From Squalus acanthias (Eukaryota): a stretch of 64,000 nt of DNA. The first letter of the stretch is position 1. Every line of letters begins with the position of its first letter. The stretch lies in the NCBI GenBank assembly GCA_030390025.1, contig CM059431.1, forward strand, positions 124,684,001 through 124,748,000, written 5' to 3'. The translations under genes and the position numbers were made by a program. Positions 25,145 to 38,587 of this stretch are shown here, in pieces. The notes beneath the pieces are model-generated. The model saw only the letters and a program-made list of their open reading frames with translations, ran no database searches and was not told the DNA's origin.

Positions 25145-26650
25145 CTATTTTACTAGGGCTCCTTGATGCCACACTCGGTCAAATGCTGCCTTGATATCAA
25201 GCACATTCACTCCCACCTCACCTCTGGAATTCAGCTCTTTTGTCCATGTTTGGACCAAGCCTGTAATGAGGTCTGGAGCCGAGTGGTCCTGGCGGAACCC
25301 AAACTGAGCATCGTTGAGCAGGTTATAAGTGATCAACTACCGCTTGATAGCACTGTTGACCACACCTTCTATCACTTTGCTGATGATTGAGAGTAGACTA
25401 ATGGGGTGGTAATTGACCAGATTAGATTTGTCCTGCTTTTTGTGGATAGGACATAACTGGGCAATTTTCGACATTGTCAGGTAGATGCCAGTGTTGTAGC
25501 TGTACTGGAACAGCTTGGTTAGAGGCTCGGCTAGTTCTGGAGCACAAGTCTTCAGCACGACAGCCGGGATGTTGGGACCCATAAACTTTGCTGCATCATG
25601 CATTCAGCTGTTTCTTGATATCATGTGGAGTGAATCGAATTGGCTGAAGACTGGCTTCTGTGATGGTGGGGAATCACAGGGATCACGCCGAGATGAATCA
25701 TCCACTCGGCATGTCTGGCTGCAAACGTTTAAGCCTTGTCTTTTGCACTCACGTGTTGGGCTCCACCATCATTGAGGATGGGGTGGTTCATGGAGCCTCC
25801 TCTTCCCGTTAGTTGTTTAATTATCAACCACCATTCACAACTGGATGTGGCAGGACTGCAGAGCTTTGATTGATCCGTTGGTTGTGGGATCGCTTAGCTC
25901 TGTCTATAGCATGCTGCTTCTGCTATTTAGCATGTATATGATCAAGTGTTGTAGCTTGCCCAGGTTTGCACATTATTTTTGGGTACACCTGCTGCTGCTC
26001 CTACTCTACACTCCTCCTTGAGCCAGGATTGGTCCCTGGCTTGGCTTGATTGTAATGGGTGAGTGAGGGATATGCCGGGCCATGAGGTTACACAAATGTG
26101 GTGTAATACAATTCTGCTGCTGATGGCCCACAGCACCTCATGGATACACAGTATTGAGCTGATAGATCTGTTCCATTTAGCATGGTGGTAGTGCCACACA
26201 ACATGATTGAATGTGTCCTTAGTGTGAAGACGGGACTGCATCTTCTTCCAAGTAGTGTTCAACATGGAGGAGTACTGATTCATCAGCTGAGTGAGGGCAG
26301 TAATCAGCAGGTGGTTTCTGTGCCCATGTTTGACCTGATGCCATGAGACTTCATGGGGTCCGGTTTTATTCTTAGTAGATTCTTCTTTGTAGCAGTTTGA
26401 TACAACTGAGTGGTTTATAGGCCATTTCAGAGAGCAGTTAAGATTAAACCACATTACTGTAGGAAGATTTCCTTCCCCTAAAGGGGAGCAATCTGATAGT
26501 TTCACGGTCACCATTACTAGCTTTTTATTCCAGATTTGCTGAACTTAAATTCCCCAGCTGCCGTGGTGGGATTCGAATTCACTTCTCCAGATCATTAGTC
26601 CAGGACTCTGGATATCTAGTGCAGTAACATTACCACTATGCTACCATACC
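25145..26650 (-). mobile_element. Degraded CR1-group LINE (endonuclease-RT) with a tRNA-like 5' head
   Basis: QFGFRQDHS..LDIKAAFDRVWH and NYHPISLLS motifs; A- and B-box-like sequence at 26555-26650. Confidence 0.75.
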
Positions 26651-26770
26651 CACCTGCTGCTTAATGCATGTTTAGCTGTGTGAGCTTGAAGAGAGGATGT
26701 CAGCTAGAAAGTTGAGCTCCAAAATGGCAGCCATGGCATGAAATGAGCGAGGCAAGCTAATTGACATCAT

Positions 26771-27912
26771 GATAAGATAAGAGCTCACGGAGTTGGGGGT
26801 AATATATTAGCATGGATAGAGAATTGGCTAACTAACAGAAAGCAGAGAGTTGGGATAAATGGGTCATTTTCCGGTTGGCAAACGGTAGCTAGTGGGGTGC
26901 CACAGGGATCAGTGCTGGGGCCTCAACTATTTACAATCTACATTAATGACTTGGATGAAGGGACCGAGTGTAATGTAGCCAAGTTTGCGGATGATACAAA
27001 GCTGGGTGGGAAAGCAAGTTGTGCAGAGGACTCAAAGAATCTGCAAAGGGATATAGACAGGTTAAGTGAGTGGGCTAACATTTGGCAGATGAAGTATAAT
27101 GTGGGAAAGTGCGAGGTTATACACTTTGGCAGGAAAAATAAAAAAGCAAATTATTATTTAAATGGAGAGAGATTACGTAATGCTACAGTTCAGAGGGACC
27201 TGGGGGTCCTTGTGCATGAAACACAAAAAGTTAGCATGCAGGTACAGCAAGTAATCAAAAAGGCAAATGGAATGTTGGCCTTTATTGCAAGGGGCTTGGA
27301 GTATAAAAGCAGGGAAGTCCTGCTACAACTGTACAAGGTATTGGTGAGGCCACACCTTGAGTACTGCGTACAGTTTTGGTCTCCTTATTTAAGGAAGGAT
27401 ATACTTGCATTGGAGGCAGTTCAGAGACGATTCACTAGGTTAATTCCAGAGATGAGGGGGTTGACTTATGAAGAAAGGTTGAGCAGGTTGGGTCTACACT
27501 CATTGGAATTTAGAAGAATGAGAGGTGATCTTATTGAAACATATAAGATACTGAGGGGGCTCGACAAGGTAGATGCAGAGAGGATGTTTCCTCTCGTGAG
27601 GAAATCTAGAACTTGGGGGCATAGTTTCAGAAAAAAGGGTCGCCCTTTTAGAACTGAGATGAGGAGGAATTTCTTCTCTCAGAGGGTCGTAAACCTGTGG
27701 AATTCTCTGCCCCAGAGAGCCGTGGAGGCTGGGTCATTAAATACATTTAAGGTGGAGATAGACAGATTTTTGCAAGATAAGGGAGTGAAGGGTTATGGGG
27801 GGCAGGCAGGGAAGTGGCTTTGAGCCCTAGATCAACCATGATCTTATTGAATGGCGGAGCAGGCTTGAGGGCCAAGTGGCCTATTCCTGCTCCTATTTCT
27901 TATGTTCTTATG
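26771..27912 (+). mobile_element. 5'-truncated CR1 LINE, RT C-terminus still open (26897-27823)
   Basis: [25 protein letters not shown]; (TTCTTATG) tail. Confidence 0.93.
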
Positions 27913-29017
27913 ATCTGTCCGCTCTGCATATTTCCGGCGGACGTTAACTGTATGCGAGCTAATGCCTTTACCAATATGGCGTCGGCCGCACTTCTTGTCA
28001 GAAGTGCGCACAGCAGACGCCATTTTGGTACCCTAATGGCAATCGTAGTGCCCAAACAGAGGTGCGACCGAGCCCAGTTTTTTGCCCATTGTATCCACCA
28101 ATTGTGAGAAGAGAACATGAGCCTGCCAATGCTGTGCTCCGACAAAGGGTGTTCAACACAAATATCAAACTGTCTGCTCTGCTCCATAAACTGACAAACC
28201 CTGTCCACTTTGCAAGAAAATAGCTGCGGTCTAAGCTTACAAAAATCAATTTTGAGTCCGGCCTCCGACACCCCCACACTGTCCCACCCCTCCCGACCCA
28301 ATCCCTCCCTCCCTCTTCTCTGTGGCTTAGTGGCTTAGTGCCACAGGGTTACCCGCCCAACTGCCAGCCAGCCTTTCCATCTGGCTGGCTGCAGGTGGGA
28401 ATCAGTGCTTACAAATAACACAGTAACTAAACTGAGGAAAATTCTCTGTAGGACTTATTAACTAATGAGAACAGTGCCAGAGTGACAGATCTGGGCTTAA
28501 ATTGCAGCTGAATCACTTGCAATGGAAGAACAAGAGTTAGCTTTAGTCCTTGATGTTAAAATGTGTTATTTTTAGGTGAGTCAGTGAATATCGCACGTCA
28601 AAGGAAACAGTGGAATATGTGGAAGAAGCAATCTTATTAACAAGCCCTAAGGCAGCAAAACAGTAACACAGGAGGAGCACAGGGAATTGAAGAAAATATG
28701 AAAACCATACACAAATAATCAGAAAATGTTGTTTCACTGTTACAGCTATATATTAATGGAGCTGCAAAGAGATGAAGAAAGTGTTGGATATTAAACAAAA
28801 TCAACAAAAAAAATGAGGTTATGGTAAAAATGAACAACAGTTTCATGGAATCATAGAAGAGAATAAGTGGAGTTTATATATTAGCAAAAATAAAGAGATT
28901 GTTCAGTCTTTTTCAAACGTGTAATTTATAATGAAAATCATTGACATTTTTGTGAATTTGCTTCTATAGTGGGATGATAATGTGAGGAAAATAAGAAGAA
29001 CATTGTTGAAATCAAAA

Positions 29018-29149
29018 ATAACAACAGAAAACGCTGGAAAAACTCAGCAGGCCAGGCAGCATCCGTGGAGAGAGAAAGAGAGTTAACGTTTCAGGTCGAT
29101 GACCTTTCGATATTTCAGATTTCCAGCATCCGCAGTATTTTGCTATCGT
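29018..29149. mobile_element. Short Penelope pLTR-derived insertion with an inverted segment
   Basis: Same family as 15957-16097; 16-bp TSD ATTGTTGAAATCAAAA (29002-29017, 29150-29165). Confidence 0.7.
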
Positions 29150-29757
29150 ATTGTTGAAATCAAAATGAGATCAACTATAAAACAGTAGGTTGATATAGCA
29201 GAAGAATTGAAAGCTGAGATAATGTTTAATATTGTTTAATTGGGGGAACTGGCTATTAATCTGAAGACTTAAACACTTTTCCATTTTCAGAGCCCAGTAT
29301 TCACAGGCAGCCCTTACAGGTTAGACATAGCACACAAACCAGAAGCAGAATAAAGTTTAAAATAAATGGGTTAAGGCCTCTGATAAAATAGCAGAGAGGG
29401 GGATTTAAAATGAGTGTATTAATCATTTGTATGTTAGTATCCCACAGCACAATTTCAGCACCATACATTTTTAGTCCATTCGGAAAGGAATCCCCCTTAC
29501 CTACTTCATTACCTCCAATGTTTGGAATTAAATATATGAGATTGCACTAATATGATTGTAGTCAGGGCAGTCACTGTAGTGTATGTTCAGAACTGAAATA
29601 TATGAAGAAACTAGAATTTAAGTGGAATTTATCTATTGTTTGGAAGTCACATGAGGGTACTAAATCACCAAATAATTAAAGAGGAACCAAGAAAGTGAAA
29701 CAATGCCATGCTCAGGGTGTTATAACGCAAGCCTCATTAGATTCCTAATAAATATAG

Positions 29758-29972
29758 GGGTCATGATGCAAAGATGCCGGTGTTGGACTGGGGTGGACAA
29801 AAATGAGAAGTCGCACAACACCAGGTTATAGTCCAACAGTTTTATTTAAAATTACGAGCTTTCGGAGCGCTGCTCCTTCTTCAGGTACAAGTACAGTGAA
29901 GAAGGAGCAGCGCTCCGAAAGCTCATAATTTTAAATAAAACTGTTGGACTATAACCTGGTGTTGTGCGACTT
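29758..29972. mobile_element. Palindromic Penelope pLTR insertion
   Basis: 78-bp inverted arms 29806-29883 / 29897-29974, homologous to 25058-25144; 13-bp TSD CTAATAAATATAG. Confidence 0.85.
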
Positions 29973-30799
29973 CTAATAAATATAGAATGAGCTAAAGATA
30001 GATTGTGAGAAAGACAAGGTTTATTTTCATAAATATACAAAACAAATCACTTTTAAATCACCTGGTTCAGAGTCAACAATATAACCCTGTCTAAAACCAG
30101 TACACCACCTTGTCCTACTGAGCATGCCCACATGCAATATATGAATGTTCCTCGGCTTGAGTTTTGGACATGGTTACATATTTATAAAGTCTTGTAATCT
30201 TCTTGCTTCACACTTGTTTTAAGAATATGTTACCTTCTAATGTGAGCAATAAGTGATCACTCCATTCTCCCTTCCTCCCGCAACCCCTGCATCACCCTCC
30301 ACCACCCCCACCAGCACCCCACCGCCCACCCCCGCTGCCCCTTGCTTCGTTCTCTTCCACCTGGATCTTGCACCTCCTGCTATCAAGGCAACTGGACAGC
30401 TTGCTTATAGGTCACCGTAAACACCTAGGTGCCAAAAAGGTGTGAGAGAGTGAGTCATTGGTGAAAACACACCATCTGATTTTCCATCTATGTTCCCCTG
30501 AGAAACATAAATCTTTCCACACAGTGCTGTTGAGAGCAACATTATCTGGAGTGGAGGAACAGAATTTTTCCATCACTTCACCTTGTGTGCTGGAGTTTCC
30601 TCTGTGGGCGCAACCTGAAAGTTAGAACTGTAAATGTGGCCACTGTTGCTCCCATTTTGCCAATATCAAGTTTTGCCCAAGTATCCTCCCAATTTCATTA
30701 GAATACACCTGAACTTAAAATGGGCATAAATCAGCGTAAACCAGCTCAGATACTGGCACTGCGTGGAGTTTAGAGGGTATCTTAGATGAGGGATCTGCA

Positions 30800-32100
30800 T
30801 GTGGTTAGTCACCAGGCACGAGTGGGCTGCAGCCAGGGCAGGGGGAAAGGGTAGCACAGGTGCCAGCTCCACGGAGGGCGAGGTCGCACACAGGTTCTGC
30901 TGCACAGGACTCAGATGTGGACTTTGATGGGGTGGTCTACAGAAGAATGCTGATGGGTTTGCACAACAGAATGCTTGGTGAAGTGGCAGGCCTGCCAGAA
31001 AGCCTGAGTGCAATGTCAAGGAGCATGGAGGAATCCGGCACCTACCTTACACACGGCTTTGTGCAGAGCTGCAGGCCAGTGTCTCACCACGTGCAGATCC
31101 CACCTCTAATCTATCTTCTAAACTATGTGGAGTGTCAGTATCTGAGCTGATGGCTGCGCGTGTGAAATCAAGTGACGGTGCTGTGTCTTCATCATTAGTG
31201 TCTTGGTGCTCTTATATTAGTGATCCTCCACCAGTGCCTGGCCAGGTATCAGTTCTTATCTATCTGAAAGGAGAAAGGCACAAGGGTAAGGTGGTGCTGA
31301 GGGGAAAGGGAGAAAGTAAGAGGTGCATGCTTACATCATGTGCAGCTTGTAAATCAGAAGAGATTGTGGGATGAGGGGGAATTGAGATGTGAGAAGGAGG
31401 ATTACATCTGAGGATACTGGCATCTTGTATTCTTTCAGACCCGCCGCTGGCCATGGACTCAGCGATGGCCCTCCCAATAATGGCCAGCACCATCTTCTCC
31501 ATCGGGGTCTGGTTATGCAGGTGTGCCTGTCCCATGCCGGTTGGGTGCTGCTGGCACCAGTTGTGAGCCATCTTGTCCTGCGAGAGAAAGGGAAGTGTGT
31601 CAGTGAGTGTGGTGCAATGTGTTTGGGTGATATGCCATTCATATTTGAATAGCTGACAGTGTGTGCAAGCTGTGAGATCTGGGTGTGAGGCTTGCAGAAG
31701 TGGTAAGTGCCTGAGGGTGAGGTGAAGCTAGGAATGTGAGGTATGAGTCATATTTGGTAGAGATTGTTGATAGATGAGTGATACGGGTGTGGTGCATTGA
31801 GCAGTATGTGAGGCTAGTGATGCAGATGGTGGGATATAGCATTGGAAGCTGAATTCACTGACCTTGACCACGCGTGTGAGGTCATTAAACTTCTTCCTGT
31901 ACTGCGTCCAGGTCCTCAGGGCTATAGTGCTGGCATTCACAACGGCTATCTGCTCCCATTAGATTTTACGAATTTGCCTGGAGGGCCTCCTGGAACCCCT
32001 GTAGACACAGGACCTCTCTCCTCATTTTCACCTCTTGCACCAAGGCCTCCACTGCTGCATCAGAGAACCTTGGAGCACGCTCTCTCACCTGTTGTGACAT
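30800..32100 (-). mobile_element. Decayed Harbinger-derived element with intron-containing Myb/SANT-like gene
   Basis: RTWTQYRKKFNDLTRVVK|gtcagt exon end; later exon PMEKMVLAIIG. Confidence 0.65.
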
Positions 32101-32465
32101 CATTGCTTTTATTGCCTCCTCTCACACTCTTCCCCCAGTCAGTTGAAGACTTGATCTTGATCTCTAACACCCCCACCAGTGGAAGAATTTCTCTGTATCT
32201 ACCTTATCAAATCCCTTTATCATTTCAAAGAATTCAATTAGATCACCCCTCAAACATTTAAACTCAAAGGAATACAAGCCAACTTTTGCAATCTGTCCTG
32301 CTAATTTAACCCTTTAAGCCCTGGTATCATTCTGATGAATTTACGCTGTACCCCTGCCAAAGCCAGTGGCCTAGAAATTGTCCTCGGGCGGTGGCACAAA
32401 ACAGGCGGTTTCGGATCAGCCACCCGTTATACACAGCACCTGATATTCGGTTCTATTGCAGTCAA

Positions 32466-35060
32466 TGGTCTCACCAACGTCCTGTACAATTGTAGCAAGA
32501 CTTCCCTACTTTTATACTCCATCACTCTTGCAATAAAGGCCAACATTCCATTTGCCTTCCTAATTACTTGCTGTACCTGCATGCTAACTTTTGTGTTTCA
32601 TGTACGAGGAGCCCCAGATCCTTCTGTACCGTAGCATTCTGTAGTCTCTCTCCATTTAAATATTTTGCTTTTCTATTTTTCCTACCAAAGTGGATAACCT
32701 CACATTTTCCCACATTATACTGCATCTGCCAAATTTTTGTCCACTCACTTAACCTATCTATATCCCTTTGCAGACCCTTTGTGTCCTCCTCACAACTTGC
32801 TTTCCCACCTATGTTTGTATCATCAGTAAATTTGGCTACAGTGCACTCGGTCCCTTCATCCAAGTCATTAATATAGATTGTAAATAGTTGAGGCCCCAGC
32901 ACTGATTCCTGTGACACCCCACTAGTTACAGTTTGCCAACCTGAAAATTACCCATTTATCCTGACTCTCTGTTTTCTGTTAATTAGCCAATCCTCTATCC
33001 ATGCTAATATATTACCCCCAGCCCATGAGCTCTTATCTTGTGCAGTACCCTTTTATGTGGCACCTTATCGAATGCCTTTTGGAAATCCAAATATAATACA
33101 TCTACTGGTTCCCCTTGATTCAACCTGCTCGTTACATCCTCAAAGAACTCTAATAAATTTGTCAAACATGATTTCCTTTTCATAAAACCATGTTGACTCT
33201 GCTTGATTGTATTATGATTTGGTAAATGACCTGCTGCTACTCCCTTAATAATGGATTCCAGCATTTTCCCAATGACAGATGTTAGGCTAACTGGCCTATA
33301 GTTTCCTGCTGTCTGTCTCCCTCCTTTCTTGAATAGGGGTGTTACATTTGCAGTTTTCCAATCCACTGGGACCTTTCCAGAATCTAGGGACTGTTGGAAG
33401 ATTACAACCAATGCATCCACTATCTCTGCAGCTACTTCTTTTAAGACCTTAGGATGCAGGCCATCAGGTCCAGGGGACTTGTCACCCTTTAGTCCCATTA
33501 ATTTGCCTCGTACTTTTTCTCTAGTGATAGTGATTGATTTAAGTTCTTCCTTTTGCCGCTTGATTATCTACTATTATTGGGATGCTTTTAGTGTTTCTAC
33601 CATGAAGACAGATACAAAATATTTGTTCAAAGTCTCTACCATTTCCTTGTTTCCCACTATTAATTCCCCAGTCTCATCCTCTAAGGGACCAATGTTTACT
33701 TTAGCTACTCTCTTCCTTTTTATATACTTGTAGAAGCTCTTACTGTTTTTTTTTAAAGATTTCTTGCTAGTTTACTCTCATAATCTATTTTCTCCCTCTT
33801 TATTATTTTTTTCGTCATCCTTTGTTGGTTTCTAAAAATGTCCCAATCTTCTGGCCTACCACTAATCTTCGCAACATTGTATACATTTTCTTTCAATTTG
33901 ATACCATCCTTAACTTCCTTAGTTAGCCACGGATGGTTCATCCTTCTCGTAGAGTCTTTCTTTCTCACTAGAATATATCTTTGTTGAGAGTTATGAAATA
34001 TCTCCTTAAATGTCTGCCACTGTTTATCTACTGCCTTACCTTTTATTCTGTTTTCCCAGTCCACTTTAGCCAACTCTGTCTTTATACCTTTGTAATTGCC
34101 GTTATATAAGTTTAAGACACTAGTTTCAGACCCAAGTTTCTCACCCTCAAACTGAATGTGAAATTCTATCATGTTATGATCATTCTTCCCTGGAGGATCC
34201 TTTACTATGGGATCATTAATTAATCCTGTCTCATTACACATTACCAGATCTAAAATAGCCTGTTTACTGGTTGGTTCCACAATGTATTGTTCTAAGAAAC
34301 CATCCCAAATACACTCCATGAACTCATCCTCAAGACTGCCTTTGCCAATTTGATTTGTCCAATATATATGTAGATTAAAATCTCCCATGATTATTGCAGT
34401 ACCTTTCTAACAAGTCCCCATCATTTCTTGATTTATACTGTGTCCTACAGTGTAGCTACTGTTATAGACTTCTCCCACCAGTGGCTTCTTTCCCTTCGTA
34501 TTTCTTATCTCCACCCAAACTGATTCCACATCTTGATCTTCTGAGCCAAGATCATTTCTCACTACTGCACTGATCTCAACCTTTATTAACAGAGTTATCC
34601 CACCTCCTTTTCCTTTCTGCCTATCCTTCCAATATGTCAAATACCCCTGAATATTCAGTTCCCAGCCTTGGTCACCTTGCAACCACATCTCTGTAATGGC
34701 TATCATATCATACCCATTTATTTCTATTTGTGCAGTCAATTCATCTATCTGTTTTGAATGCTGTGTGCATTCAGATAAAGAGCCTTTAATTTTGTCTTTT
34801 TATCATTTTTCCCTACTCTGACTCTATTTGCTGGTGCACTCTTATGTTTGGACGCTCTGTCCCTTCCTGTCACACTCTGGTTACCATTACCTCTATCGCT
34901 ACCCTGCACTATTGTTGTGTCCTTTCTCTTTAACTTTCTAAATTTCCCCTCACCTGAACCCTCCCCCCCACTATTTAGTTTAAAGCCTGATCTGCAGCCC
35001 TAGTTAGTCAATTTGCCAGGACACTGGTCCCAACATGGTTCAAGTGAAACCCGTCCCAAC
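32466..35060 (-). mobile_element. CR1 LINE ORF2 (APE endonuclease and RT), degraded
   Basis: IAITEMWL, MGDFN, NDHNMI, SPGPDG, NYRPVSLTS, DFQKAFDKVPH, FTDD. Confidence 0.93.
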
Positions 35061-35074
35061 GGAACATCTCCCTC

Positions 35075-35600
35075 TTGGCTGATCTTCTACCTTAACTCTA
35101 CTTTCCTGTACTATCCCCATATCCCTTGATTCCCTTAATATCCAAAAATCTATCGCTCTCTGTCTTGAATATACTCAACGACTGAGCCTCCACAGCCTTC
35201 TGGGGTAGAGAATTCCAAAGATTCACCACCCTCTGAGTGAAGAAATGTCTCCTCATCTCAGTCCTAAATGGCCGACCCCTTATTCTGAGACTATGACACC
35301 TGGTTCTAGACTTCCCAGCCAGGGAAATCATCCTCCCTGCATCCATCCTGTCAAGCCCTGTAAGAATTTTGCATGTTTCAATGAGATCACCTCTCATTCT
35401 TCTAAACTCTAGAGAATATAGGCCCAGTCTACTCAATCTCTCCTCATAGTACAATCCCCCCAATCCCAGGAATCAGTCTGGTGAACATTCATTGCACTCC
35501 CTCTATAGCAAGTATATCCTTCCTTAGGTAAGGAGACCAAAACTGTACACAATACTCCAGGTGTGGTCTCACCAGGGCCCTATATAATTGCAGTAAGACA
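35075..35600 (-). mobile_element. CR1 LINE 3' fragment
   Basis: YEERLSRLGLYSLEFRRMRGDLIE..WNSLP. Confidence 0.9.
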
Positions 35601-35813
35601 TTGTTGTTATGTAGCCACTGTTGTAGGGAAATGTGACAATCAATTTGCATACAGCCAATTTGTGAAAAGAGTTATTCTCAGACACCAAGCTAGGTTTTCC
35701 CCTTCTACACAGATATGGGGTGTTGGGTAATGGCAGTTGCCGGCAATACATATTGGTATGTGGAATCTCGCTGTTATGACTTTTCTTTTGTCTTCAAATA
35801 ATACAACAATAAT

Positions 35814-36618
35814 GGCCCGGAATCTGCAGTGGGTAATAACAGCGAATGAACAGCGTTCGCTGTTATTAACCCTTTGAAACTGACCATAACTTCAGGATTT
35901 AGCGCATATGCATCCGAACGCGGAAATAATGAAGTTGCGGTCAGTCATTCACTGCTCTGACACAGGCTGCGCTGTAGCACCCCACCCCGCCCCATAGCCG
36001 GCCATCAGTCTAATCAGGGAAATCAGGACTCTGAGGACCAAGGTGAGACAGTATAAATGGCACCCATGCTGATGGAATTGATGGCAGGTCAAGTTGAGTT
36101 GACAGAAGCAATCTGTCAATGGTGAGAGAGGTTTTTCCAATGAGTTGACACTGGCTGGAGACTTTGCTGGAAACACTTGCAGCCTGCAGAAAGTTAAATC
36201 TGTGCTGGCAATGTAATCAGCAACAGCTTCTGCCTGAGGAAAGTGATCTGCTGTGAGGTCGGAGCTTTTATAGTACATTTGATGCTGTCAAATAATCAGC
36301 TGTAGCAATGGCCACTCAACTCCCACATCAGGTTGGCAGACGTGGTTCCAGAGCTATGTGAATCCTGTGGCCATTCAGGGAAATTTGAAATGTAGAGGGA
36401 AAAAGGCTCTTAAGTGTTTGACAACAAGTCCATAATGATTTTAATTAGGTCGCCCGTCTTTGCCGGTCGGGTCGCTGCTGTACCAGCAAACATGCCTGAG
36501 GGAAAGGCGTGTGGGGGGCGGGATGACGTCGGGATCCCGACCCACTCTGACTTTTTTCAAATTTCCCACCTGACCTGCCTCCGATGGCGCCCACACGGAC
36601 CCCAGAAAATTCCGGTCC
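35814..36618. mobile_element. Harbinger-like non-autonomous element, partly re-duplicated at 37013-37140
   Basis: Internal homology to 12826-13330; imperfect TIRs GGCCCGGAAT / ATTCCGGTCC. Confidence 0.5.
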
Positions 36619-37724
36619 ATGAGTATGTTTCACCCATTCACTTGCTGGCACCCACTTCCATAATCTAAAACAGAAATTTTGCACCAGATATACTTTTTAC
36701 AATACAGCTCTGAGCATAAAATAGGAATAGGCACAGAGACATCAGGGTTCAGCACAGTAAGGTACATTTTAATGTACCGTAAATTTTGCCACTAATTGAA
36801 ATAGGTTGCTGTCAATCCCTGTTCTATAGAGACCAAGTGATATCAACACATTCTTGTAAGTAACTTTGCTATTAAGATGTAATAGGAGCAGCCACACTCA
36901 CCAGAAATATATTTCCCTTTACGGATATTAAAAAATTGAACTCAGCTGTGGATCATGGTGTGCCAATGGGGAATTATATATCCAAGGCGGCTCCTAATCG
37001 GGCAGCTCTCGACTCTTAAGTGTTTGACAACAAGTTCATAATGATTTCAATTAGGTCGTCCGTCTCTGCCGGTCGGGTCGCTGCCGTACCGGCAAACATG
37101 CCCGAGGGAAAGGCACGTGTGTGGTGGGATGACGGCGGGTTCTAGACACAAAAGGCATCAAGGGGTATGGGGAGAGAGCGGGAATATGGTATTGAGATAG
37201 GGATCAGCCATGATCATATTGAATGGCAGAGCAGGCTTGAAGGGCTGAATGGCCTATTGCTGCTCCTATTTTTCTATGTTTCTACAGATAGATTTCTAGA
37301 CTGAGCTCTCCTTTGCAACTCTATCTGTGGTCATCCATTACCATCCTATGGTCTTGCTTAAGATCACCTGGCCCTAATAGTGGGTACATTTTTGCTCAAA
37401 CTATAAGCTGAAGTTACAAGTTGAAAGCGACCTTCACAGAGCACATTGCCCATACCACAACCCTATTTGTTGTGTCTTTACTGTGCTCTTTTCAACAGTT
37501 GTAACACTGCTCAAATTTGATTTCCAGGACTCCTGGATTCCTCTGTCAACAGGACTATGCTGTTCTGCTGGACTGCACTGTAAGACCTGGCTGCTTTAAC
37601 TCTGACCTGCTACTCAGTTGCTTCAGTTTTTAAGGTAACCGGTTGTACGGTGCTCACCGCACCCGCCCCCCCCCCCCCCCCCCCCACCTGCTGCTGTTTG
37701 CTGCTGAGTTTCTGGACAGTAAAC

Positions 37725-38587
37725 ATCGCAAACAATGGCTTTGGTCTTCCCAATATTTAATTGGAGAACATTTCTGCTCATCCAGAACTGGATGTCGGAC
37801 AAACAATCTAACAATTTAGAGTCCATGAGCTCCTCACACTTGTTATCGGAGGTGAGGGTGGAGGAGACAGGGGAGAGGGGTTTAAGAACACGGTTAGCAG
37901 TAAAGAATAGGAGCCGAGGTTTATCTTTGCATTCCAGAATGATTCTGGAATAGTCAGCAATTTTGGTAGATGAGAGCAGGACTTGATAATGCTTTATGTG
38001 GTCCAGCCAGATCTGGCGGTGAATGGCTAAACCGTTGTCCACCATACCCATTCAAGTCTGCGTCCCTTGGACTTAAGGAAGCAAAGATGAGGGCCGTACC
38101 AGGGGGAACGGCCAGGGTGAGAGAGAGTAATTGTTTTAATAGGGACTAGGGCATCAAAAGTGGGGGCGAGTGTGTGGTTGAGCAGATCTGTAGCTGCAGA
38201 AATGTCATGGTGAATGGAGGGCCAAAGGCTCGACAGTTAGGATTTCGGAAGTGCAGTTGTAAGAGAGTTGGAGAGAGTTTTTTTTCCGGGGCGGACACAG
38301 AAGGAAGTAGGGTTGGGGGTTGGTGGAAGGGAGATGTGGGTGGAGAGGGATACAAGGAAATGGTCTGAGATGGCCTTATCTGCGATTGGCACAATGGGAA
38401 TAGCGAGGCCACGAGAGTTGGCAAGATCGAGGGGATGGCCATGAATACGGGTTGGGGAGATTACATGGAGGGAGAGATTAAGGGAGGATCGGAGGATAGT
38501 GAACTCAGAGGAGAGAGAGCATGATGAATTGAGATGGAGGTTGAAATCACAGAGGATAAGAAGTCGCTCAGTGCAGAGGCTGAGGGA
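37725..38587 (-). mobile_element. L2 LINE ORF2 fragment (downstream part), split by copy B
   Basis: LLILCDFNLHLN, HGHPLDL, ISDHFLV, LQLNIGKT motifs; continues beyond 51110. Confidence 0.85.

Noticed and set aside
28560..29740. A-rich stretch with a Cys cluster (DCSQGSHCSVC) suggesting a fossil env or other gene
   Set aside because: Too degraded to assign by eye; would need a translated profile search.
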